Source: a virus
DNA: 14,488 bases
Reading direction: 5' to 3' (one strand)
IMG/VR virus record: IMGVR_UViG_3300028883_000184
Part shown: one piece after another, positions 7,373 to 13,508 of the stretch
Layout of the letters: each line of letters opens with the position of its first letter
How positions within the stretch are numbered: the first letter of the stretch is position 1
Position numbers and translations under genes: made by a program
The notes under the pieces: model-generated
What the model was told of the DNA's origin: nothing
Seen by the model: the letters and a program-made list of their open reading frames with translations, nothing else
Databases searched by the model: none

Positions 7373-7746
7373 TGATATTATATAGTCATTTTTATAGCTA
7401 CTACTTCGCGGCGCGAAGTGCGAAGTAGTCTGCGAGAGAGGAGAGATCTGAGGGAAAAAGAAGTTCTATGAAAATAAGGTTGATTTGTACTAAACTTTTT
7501 TTTCAGTAGTAGTATTACTACTGTAATACTACTACTACATAGTACTACCACTATCCTGCCTTACTATATTAGTATACTATATAAGTGTTACTATACAATA
7601 TTGTATAAATCTGTACATTAAGACTGTTACAAATTTTCTTGTAAATATGTCTAAAATCTAGGGGGTTTGAGAGAGCCCCTCTCCCCCAGAGAACTTCGCA
7701 CTTCGCGCCGCGAAGTAGTAGCTATAAAAATGACTAGATAATATCA
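7373..7746. repeat. 54-bp inverted repeat pair (7373..7426 and 7693..7746; one mismatch, inner 44 bp perfect) flanking a 266-bp AT-rich spacer
   Basis: The reverse complement of 7383..7426 (TAGTCATTTTTATAGCTACTACTTCGCGGCGCGAAGTGCGAAGT) equals 7693..7736 exactly. Nine further bases match beyond a single mismatch (7382/7737). The spacer holds overlapping palindromes of AGT/ACT triplets at 7504..7540. The right arm covers the last codons and stop of the 229-aa gene. Confidence 0.95.
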
Positions 7747-8423
7747 GAACGGTTGAGGATTAAGCGATATCCTCTCTTTCCAGGTCGGATATCTTCCTTA
7801 ATCTCGAATCGTCCATCTTTCTTTAGATGCTTTACGAAACGATACAACTTGTCTTTAGAGAGCTTTCCGTCTTTCCCTCTCATATCGGGGAAATTCTTCT
7901 TACAAACATCGGTAACATGCATGGTGATCCCATCTTTATGTGGATATTCTTCAAGATGGTAAACCATCGTGTTGTATATCGCATCGATTCGATCTTTTGT
8001 GTCTTTTGATGGTGCTGGATTGCGCCTCCGCTCGCGCTCTCGATACGCCATCCTTCTGAGATGCATATTATTAAGTGTATTATTCGTGCAACTGTTGGCT
8101 AAGTCAGAATCGCCGTATATGTCAATATGTTTGGGCAAATCTGCAGCCGTTGGGTCGTCGCTTTGACGCGCATACGAAAACCGATCATATGCATCAAAAT
8201 CACACCATTGTAGATATGTGAATACAGCTTCAAGCTGAGTTTTTATCCCCCTATTTTCCAGCCGAAGCTTCTCGTTTTCTTGCCTCAGCTCTTCGATTGC
8301 TTCCTTCATCTCATCGATTGCATCGAGGGCATATATGAGACGCTCTTCGACATCAAAAACAGCACCATGAGGGCCTACATGAGGCGCCGAAACATTTATT
8401 ACGTTACAAGTATCTCTATTCAT
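7734..8423 (-). CDS. Coiled-coil plus C-terminal wHTH-like protein, function unknown
   Basis: 229 aa. GGAGTGA Shine-Dalgarno 9 nt upstream of the ATG at 8423. Heptad-like EMKEAIEELRQENEKLRLENRGIK, basic RERERRR linker, and C-terminal LSKDKLYRFVKHLKKDGRFEIKEDIRPGKRGYRLILN. Confidence 0.7.
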   Translation of the reverse strand: MNRDTCNVINVSAPHVGPHGAVFDVEERLIYALDAIDEMKEAIEELRQENEKLRLENRGIKTQLEAVFTYLQWCDFDAYDRFSYARQSDDPTAADLPKHIDIYGDSDLANSCTNNTLNNMHLRRMAYRERERRRNPAPSKDTKDRIDAIYNTMVYHLEEYPHKDGITMHVTDVCKKNFPDMRGKDGKLSKDKLYRFVKHLKKDGRFEIKEDIRPGKRGYRLILNRSDII

Positions 8424-8865
8424 CGCTAAATCACTCCGGATTTAGTTAAACCGCCCCCTCAACTCGGTGATCGAGCACCGGGTTGGGGACCTCATTCTAA
8501 TATCAATTCAAATCTTTATTGCGGCTTTAATTATTGATCAGACCCATACTTCATATATTTACCCATATTCTACTCCATATTCGATCTAATTTAGAGGATA
8601 ATCCTCCAATATCGTAACTGATAAGAGCATCCTATAACCTAATACGAGATAAGAGTAAAAATCTAATGTGATGCATAGTTCACGGCTCTAGATGCTGTAT
8701 TCAGAATTTAAAGAATTAATAACTTCATTAAATCGAAAACTACTTAAAATAAGACGCTAATTGAGGTCTAACGTGACCGGCAAAGTGTCCATAGATTCCT
8801 TAAACTAGGAGGTGCTAAGGTCTTTTTTTCTTGGATATGCGATCACGTGGGCGGTAACGTGGCCT

Positions 8866-8905
8866 TACTTCGGCCGGGGGCGGTAAACCCTATAGAACCG
8901 AAGTA
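8866..8905 (-). terminator. Stem-loop downstream of the RHH gene
   Basis: TACTTCGG (8866..8873) pairs with CCGAAGTA (8898..8905). The 24-nt loop contains a nested GGG/CCC pair. Lies 22 nt past the stop at 8927. No oligo-T follows on the minus strand. Confidence 0.3.
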
Positions 8906-8926
8906 CTGACCATTCTATGTTTTTAA

Positions 8927-9319
8927 TTAGTCAACGACTGAGGGGGTTTCCCTTTTGTTTTTCGTTGGGCGATTCTCCAAGCTTTTTACCATTGCCTCAA
9001 GCTCATCTAAATCATCGAATCCCGAAATAAGCGTCTTTACGTGATTCTCATCCAATCCAAGCGCAAGCAGTCTCTTCCGAAGCCCCTCTAAAATCAAAGC
9101 ATTTTCTTTTTCTTCCTCTTCAAAACGTTGAAGCCCCATGACCAACAACTCCCCACCAACCGTAGTCAGTGTGGAGTTATATTCATACGCTATATCTTCC
9201 AGTCGTTTGTGATATTCGTGGGGGACACGTACAGTTATTCTAACCGAGGCCCCCTCAATCCTAACGAAGCGGTTTTCACTACCCCGTATATCTTTTTGAG
9301 ACATAATACTACTTTGCAT
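8927..9319 (-). CDS. Ribbon-helix-helix (CopG/Arc-like) DNA-binding protein
   Basis: RITVRVPHEYHKRLEDIAYEYNSTLTTVGGELLVMGL fits a beta-strand/helix/helix RHH fold. The track start at 9322 is TTG. ATGs at 9319 and 9304 are alternatives, so the start is uncertain. Confidence 0.75.
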   Translation of the reverse strand: MQSSIMSQKDIRGSENRFVRIEGASVRITVRVPHEYHKRLEDIAYEYNSTLTTVGGELLVMGLQRFEEEEKENALILEGLRKRLLALGLDENHVKTLISGFDDLDELEAMVKSLENRPTKNKRETPSVVD

Positions 9320-9415
9320 CAATAGTATTTAATCTTGATGCACAGCATAATAGTTGATGTGCATCCAATATTGTTGATACGTATAGCGTGTATGCACAGC
9401 ATGCGTGCATGCAAT
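9313..9415. promoter_or_regulatory. Operator-like palindrome cluster upstream of the RHH gene
   Basis: TGCATCAA (9315..9322) pairs with TTGATGCA (9335..9342). GATGCACA (9337..9344) pairs with TGTGCATC (9358..9365). ATGCACAGCAT is repeated at 9338 and 9392. There are two GCATGC palindromes near 9399..9414. Confidence 0.5.
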
Positions 9416-9781
9416 TTCTTATATGGCCTTTTGCCCTTCAAATCTTAAAAGTCCATATAAGACTTCCAGAACGAATAGAATTAGTTAGTGATTTGTATAG
9501 AATTGGAGGGCGGTTTTTATTCAGCCCACGTTATGCGAAAATGGAAGGGTCCCATTTTGATAACCCATATGTTCCATAGACTGTATGAATAAGGGGGTTT
9601 GATCGCCTACCATAGTGGGTATTTTCCCGAAAACTCTAATTATAATGGTGGAATGGGTCGCTTGCTAGCGGTTACCGATGCATAACGTTTTTGGAGCATG
9701 AAATGGTTAGAATAAAATGATTATTTTCTATATATTGCAGTATGGAAAAGATCATAGAGTGAGCGGTTGAAAGTAATGCTA

Positions 9782-10159
9782 TTATGAGTATATCGGCATG
9801 ACTTTCAGCTCACTTATCACCTCTTCAGAGGGTGAGGGATCACATGATGAAGGGGCGAAATAGTTCGATACCGCATCGTCAAGCTTAAACAATTTCTCCA
9901 CAATGGGGTTTTCGATGTCTAATTTGTACATCTTCGCACGGCCAACTTCTCGGGTAGGTATTACCAATCCCGCCATTTCCAGCTTAGGCCACGCAGCCGC
10001 CAACGTGGTTCGGCTTATCCCGGCTCCTTTGGATATGTCTGTCTTGGAATAGTCGAATATCTCGTTATCCAACATGAAATCCAGTATCTTAATAATCGAC
10101 TCAGAGCCGAATGTTTGCAAAAACAAGCTCTGTTCGCTGCTACATTTCATCTTACCCAC
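9782..10159 (-). CDS. Winged-helix transcriptional regulator (MarR/TrmB-like, archaeal style)
   Basis: ILDFMLDNEIFDYSKTDISKGAGISRTTLAAAWPKLEMAGLVIPTREVGRAKMYKL reads as recognition helix plus beta wing. The track start at 10159 is GTG, with an alternative ATG at 10150. Confidence 0.8.
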   Translation of the reverse strand: MGKMKCSSEQSLFLQTFGSESIIKILDFMLDNEIFDYSKTDISKGAGISRTTLAAAWPKLEMAGLVIPTREVGRAKMYKLDIENPIVEKLFKLDDAVSNYFAPSSCDPSPSEEVISELKVMPIYS

Positions 10160-10186
10160 ATCTCCTATCAGTATTGTTCAAATTTT

Positions 10187-10269
10187 TGTACATTAATTAA
10201 TTTAATGTGCATAATTGGTGCACACTAAAAGTACATTAGATGTAAATCTAATGTAGATTCAATGTACAT
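10187..10269. promoter_or_regulatory. Divergent promoter/operator region with TGTACA-type palindromes
   Basis: TGTACATTAA (10187..10196) pairs with TTAATGTGCA (10202..10211) with 1 mismatch. TACATTAGA (10232..10240) pairs perfectly with TCTAATGTA (10247..10255). ATGTACAT palindrome at 10262..10269. TTATAAATA box at 10309..10317 lies ahead of the plus-strand gene. Confidence 0.5.
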
Positions 10270-10334
10270 ATATCTTTTCATTAATTGATTGTATATTGGA
10301 AAGGAAAAATTATAAATAGTATAAAACCATTCAC

Positions 10335-10625
10335 ATGGACATGACATCAAAACAAGAACTACGGTTCATAATAATAAAAAAATTAATACGTTTAAATAAG
10401 TGGGGGGGTTATCATACAGATATTACGAACTTAAAAAAAGGCACCCCTACCCACCTACAAGGCGATATAATCAAAGAAGCTAAAATAATGATTAAAGAAA
10501 CTCTATTAATCTCTAAACCCAGCACTGGTGAAATACATGTATCCCTTAATCCCACTATGAAAGCCGAGATTGACCAAATATACAAACAAGGTGCAGGACG
10601 ACGAAAAAAACATATAAGAAGTTAA
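10335..10625 (+). CDS. Small basic protein, possible wHTH, first gene of the AT-rich cassette
   Basis: 96-aa ORF. LLISKPSTGEIHVSLNP resembles a wing, and the tail is basic (GRRKKHIRS). The TATA-like box is about 25 nt upstream of the ATGs at 10335 and 10341. Function unknown. Confidence 0.6.
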   Translation: MDMTSKQELRFIIIKKLIRLNKWGGYHTDITNLKKGTPTHLQGDIIKEAKIMIKETLLISKPSTGEIHVSLNPTMKAEIDQIYKQGAGRRKKHIRS

Positions 10626-10652
10626 GGCAAAATAAATAAGAAGGAATCGAAT

Positions 10653-11495
10653 ATGATCAATAGAGACATTATCGATGTATTAAATTTTAGAGAGGATATA
10701 TCACCATTCCTCGTGCATTTAACTAAAGATGGGCCCATTGACGAATCACCAAACAAACAAACATCAAAAGAAGCTCTGGAGAAAATTATCGAAAACCAAG
10801 AACTTGTTTGCGCTAAATGCTTACTCACTAGACGGGACAAAAACGGAAATGAGATCGGAAAATATAACATGAGCGTTGCTCGTTTCGGTATGTATACTCG
10901 GAATATGGATGACGAAAAACAACGCCAATTATTTAGCGCAATCAGCTTTACAGAGACGCCACTAAACGAAATTCAATCCTTAATTGATATCAAGGGCCGT
11001 AATGTGGATCTCAGACAATATGGGCTTGTATTTCACAAGAACAAACTAGCAGATAAAGGTGTAGGTCCTGTTTTGTATTTAAACAATACCAATAAAAATA
11101 ACAAAGACGAGCTTATTTACAAACTTTGTAAAATTTTAATAACAGAGTGTGACGGGGAACATGAAGATGTGGCTAAAGAACTTTTTCCGATGATCTCAGT
11201 ATTTGGAAACCAAATCACGCCATATGGAAAGAATGGGACAAAACTAAAAAATTACGACTTCTTATGGGAGAGGGAGTGGCGTTATCCCTATGCAAAAGGA
11301 CATCTTAAGTTTGATCGTGACGACCTGTTTATTGGATTATGTCCAGATAATGAAATTGATAAGTTTGAGGAGTTAGCAAATACTTGTAAATTGAAAGATC
11401 TTAAATTTGTAGATCCTTACAGAAATCTGAAATATTACGCAAAAAAATTAATTACAGAGAGAAAGAATGCAGGTATAGAAGCTTCTGTAGTGTAA
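10653..11495 (+). CDS. AbiGi-like abortive-infection family protein (putative)
   Basis: 280 aa with an AGGA ribosome-binding site. The motif series FLVHLTK, ISFTETPL, YGLVFHKNKLADKGVGPVLYL and WEREWRYP matches my memory of the AbiGi family layout (H-x-T, F-T-E/D, YG-h-x-F, E-R-E-W-R). The region is visibly more AT-rich than the structural genes. Confidence 0.65.
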   Translation: MINRDIIDVLNFREDISPFLVHLTKDGPIDESPNKQTSKEALEKIIENQELVCAKCLLTRRDKNGNEIGKYNMSVARFGMYTRNMDDEKQRQLFSAISFTETPLNEIQSLIDIKGRNVDLRQYGLVFHKNKLADKGVGPVLYLNNTNKNNKDELIYKLCKILITECDGEHEDVAKELFPMISVFGNQITPYGKNGTKLKNYDFLWEREWRYPYAKGHLKFDRDDLFIGLCPDNEIDKFEELANTCKLKDLKFVDPYRNLKYYAKKLITERKNAGIEASVV

Positions 11496-11540
11496 TTAAC
11501 CAGAATGTTGCCCACACCTTTCAGGACCTCAGAAAAAGGA

Positions 11541-11690
11541 TTATATGGTGCTCTCCGAGAACCGCCATAACCCCCTACCTTCTGGCCTGGGTTCTATCTT
11601 ACATTGTTGACAAATCGGCCCTTTTCCCGGGATTCATCCTCCTAAACGAGAGAAGATCATAGGAGACCCACAGATAACGCAGGGCTTCAT
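11541..11690 (-). pseudogene. Zinc-ribbon micro-ORF (CxxC-x19-CxxC) interrupted by an in-frame TGA: pseudogene or readthrough candidate
   Basis: Hand translation: MKPCVICGSPMIFSRLGG-TGA(11634..11636)-IPGKGPICQQCKIEPRPEGRGLWRFSESTI-TAA. The ATG at 11690 overlaps the stop of the preceding micro-ORF (ATGA). Not in the supplied track. Confidence 0.5.
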
Positions 11691-11779
11691 AAATTCATCT
11701 CCCCTAACCACTCTTCGAACGTATCAGGATACTCCTCGAAAAGGTCGGAAAGAAGGACCTTTACGCATTCAGAACTCAC
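11687..11779 (-). CDS. Unlisted 30-aa micro-ORF translationally coupled to the SWIM gene
   Basis: GTG at 11779 overlaps the TGA stop of the 136-aa gene (GTGA, the same coupling as at TerS/TerL). Product: MSSECVKVLLSDLFEEYPDTFEEWLGEMNL. No ribosome-binding site was assessed. Confidence 0.4.
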   Translation of the reverse strand: MSSECVKVLLSDLFEEYPDTFEEWLGEMNL

Positions 11780-12186
11780 GCGGCCATCTCCTCGGGAATG
11801 CCGAACATAGGCCGCTGGTTCTCATCGAGGGGTTCCTGTTGTTCTCTTTTGATTGCCCTTTCTCGGTTACGTTGGTCTATTCGGGCCTTACGTTCCAACC
11901 TTCGCGCAAGTTCTTTTTGGTGTTTGCAGAGCTCGCCCGTTCCTGCCTTTCTAAATCGGAAATCTGGACAGCTACATTCTGACAGTGTAACCATGTAATA
12001 GCCGCGCTTGTCACTGGTTTTCATAAAAGCCGTAGGCTCACTAAAATAGGGCTCTCCAAAGCACACCACTTTAGGGAGCTGGGTAACGGCCATTTTGGCT
12101 ACGAAAGCTACCCCTTCGGCGCTGTGAACGCCTTCTGGTAGGTCTTCTGCTATCGGTTCGGATACATCGATTTGTTTAATCGACAT
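11776..12186 (-). CDS. SWIM zinc-finger protein
   Basis: CSCPDFRFRKAGTGELCKH fits the SWIM pattern CxC-x(n)-CxH. Basic C-terminal tail. GGTGA Shine-Dalgarno upstream of the ATG at 12186. Confidence 0.8.
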   Translation of the reverse strand: MSIKQIDVSEPIAEDLPEGVHSAEGVAFVAKMAVTQLPKVVCFGEPYFSEPTAFMKTSDKRGYYMVTLSECSCPDFRFRKAGTGELCKHQKELARRLERKARIDQRNRERAIKREQQEPLDENQRPMFGIPEEMAA

Positions 12187-12294
12187 TTGAATTCACCAAC
12201 TACCAATAGGACTTCTAGATATATAAAGTTACTGCTAGTCACTAAAAGTGAGTGAACATAACTTATTTAAAGATAAAAGACAAATGAGAACCAC

Positions 12295-12471
12295 ATGAAA
12301 GAATACACTACAATAGGAAAGATTTTTGGTGGCGGGAAAGTAACCGTTCCAAAAGCAATACGTGACGCTATGAGGCTAAGGGATGGTGATTTAGTCGAAA
12401 TCACGATTAGAATAGTAGAAGATGAGTCAGAAGGTAAACAGGGAAACGCTGAGCGCCCTGTCACCGCCTGA
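12295..12471 (+). CDS. Unlisted 58-aa AbrB/SpoVT-like (MazE-fold) DNA-binding protein
   Basis: Hand translation: MKEYTTIGKIFGGGKVTVPKAIRDAMRLRDGDLVEITIRIVEDESEGKQGNAERPVTA. G-x-VTVPKAIR-x(3)-L-x(2)-GD-x-V is the swapped-hairpin AbrB signature. TTTAAA box about 27 nt upstream of the ATG. The 65-aa minus-strand ORF at 12267..12464 is its antisense shadow. Confidence 0.75.
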   Translation: MKEYTTIGKIFGGGKVTVPKAIRDAMRLRDGDLVEITIRIVEDESEGKQGNAERPVTA

Positions 12472-12498
12472 AAGACATTTCGAACCTGGTGAATTCAA

Positions 12499-12948
12499 AT
12501 GTCAACAGATACATTAGTCGTACCAGAATATGAAGCTATCGAACCGTCCTCTACCTTCGAGCGCTTAGTCATGGCCCGTTTGGAGGCTCTTGAAGCTGAA
12601 AATCGAGAGCTAAAGGACATTGTGGAAGAGCAACAGAAAGAGATAGATGCCCTTCGAGAAGAGATAGGCAGAGAGCGGGCTTTTGATCGAAAACGCATTT
12701 CTAAGCTCGAAACCCGCAAGCAACAGACCGGTCCCAAATCTCGTGAACAAATTAGTGAACTAATGAACTATCTCCAAGATTGCCCTAACCACATCACGCC
12801 CCTCGAGGGAGCACGCCACCATCTAGGTGTGAGTAAAAATCGTTTAAGCAATCTGTTAGCCTCGCCGGATGCTGAAAATCAGTTTCTGCTAATCAAGAAT
12901 CCTAATGATCACCGCAAACGGCTAATTAAACTTCGGCCACAAATTTAG
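12499..12948 (+). CDS. Coiled-coil plus C-terminal wHTH-like protein, same architecture as the 229-aa ORF
   Basis: 149 aa. ARLEALEAENRELKDIVEEQQKEIDALREEI coiled coil, then ISELMNYLQDCPNHITPLEGARHHLGVSKNRLSNLLA ... FLLIKNPNDHRKRLIKL. GGTGA Shine-Dalgarno upstream. Confidence 0.7.
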   Translation: MSTDTLVVPEYEAIEPSSTFERLVMARLEALEAENRELKDIVEEQQKEIDALREEIGRERAFDRKRISKLETRKQQTGPKSREQISELMNYLQDCPNHITPLEGARHHLGVSKNRLSNLLASPDAENQFLLIKNPNDHRKRLIKLRPQI

Positions 12949-12956
12949 GATTACAA

Positions 12957-12973
12957 TAGTTCACAATGAACTA
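12957..12973. repeat. 17-nt palindrome TAGTTCACAATGAACTA (copy 1)
   Basis: 7-bp stem TAGTTCA/TGAACTA with a 3-nt loop, 9 nt after the stop of the 149-aa gene. Near-identical to 13130..13146. Confidence 0.85.
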
Positions 12974-13129
12974 AATTAATTCTCGATTATGTTTAAGTAC
13001 TGAAAACAAAAAGCGTGATTATTGCTCTTTGGGGTATGCTACTTACTTAGGGATATGGATATATATCAATCAATAGTATATATACTCATCATTATGTGGT
13101 TATCTCCGTTTCATTCTCGCAAAATAGTT

Positions 13130-13146
13130 TAGTTCACAGTGAACTA
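13130..13146. repeat. 17-nt palindrome TAGTTCACAGTGAACTA (copy 2)
   Basis: Same stem as copy 1, with a central A-to-G difference. Lies 31 nt past the stop of the RelE-like gene (13177, minus strand). Confidence 0.85.
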
Positions 13147-13176
13147 TTATTTGTCGACAACACTCTAAAATTTATT

Positions 13177-13488
13177 TTACTTGTTGTATTTCGCTACTAT
13201 GGAAGGTGCTTTTTTGTATACTTTATCGTGATGATCTACATATATAAATGTGATAATATTATCATCGAACGTGTATATAATAACATACGGGTCAACGTGC
13301 GAACCGCGAGCATGTTTAAGATCGTGGCGTTTTGGATCGCCAATTTGTGGATCCGATACTATCTGATCAATCTTTCCAAGTAGACGATCTTTTAAGGCCC
13401 TGTCCTTCTTAGTTAGCTTATTGAATTGCTTATCAAATTCGATGGTACTTCTATATTCATATCTCGCAGAATCTAATGGACGGGACAT
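13177..13488 (-). CDS. RelE/ParE-superfamily type II toxin
   Basis: 103 aa. IEFDKQFNKLTKKDRALKDRLLGKIDQIVSDPQIGDPKRHDL and the C-terminal PYVIIYTFDDNIITFIYVDHHDKVY match the RelE/ParE layout (F..-KL, then a Y-h-h-Y beta core ending H/R-x-x-x-Y). Confidence 0.8.
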   Translation of the reverse strand: MSRPLDSARYEYRSTIEFDKQFNKLTKKDRALKDRLLGKIDQIVSDPQIGDPKRHDLKHARGSHVDPYVIIYTFDDNIITFIYVDHHDKVYKKAPSIVAKYNK

Positions 13489-13508
13489 GTTATCAATAAG
13501 AGAATAGG

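Noticed and set aside
8450-8884. Inverted GGGGGCGGT 9-mers (complement at 8450..8458, direct at 8876..8884) bracketing the 8424..8926 gap. Also an 11-mer, AGGGGGTTTGA, shared by 7661..7671 and 9592..9602.
   Set aside because: With about 2x10^8 position pairs in the window, exact 9- to 11-mer matches are expected many times by chance. This is not evidence on its own.
8424-8926. tRNA gene, tRNA-derived att site or integrase-associated attachment site
   Set aside because: I could not find a T-loop (GGTTCGAATCC-like) or a cloverleaf-compatible segment anywhere in the window. No tyrosine or serine recombinase ORF exists. Only a covariance-model scan could fully exclude a degenerate tRNA fragment.
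9388-9579. 63-aa plus-strand ORF in the long gap upstream of the RHH gene
   Set aside because: It has no ribosome-binding site or promoter-like box at a suitable distance and no recognisable motif. Its start lies within the TGCA palindrome cluster. It is treated as non-coding, with low certainty.
11634-11636. Genome-wide reassignment of TGA as an explanation for the in-frame TGA in the zinc-ribbon ORF
   Set aside because: TGA terminates at least five well-supported genes here (stops at 927, 1693, 2563, 6631 and 11776). Several of these have start/stop coupling that only makes sense if TGA is a stop.
12267-12464. 65-aa minus-strand ORF from the supplied track
   Set aside because: It is the antisense shadow of the 58-aa plus-strand AbrB-like ORF (12295..12471), which has a clear family signature and promoter geometry.
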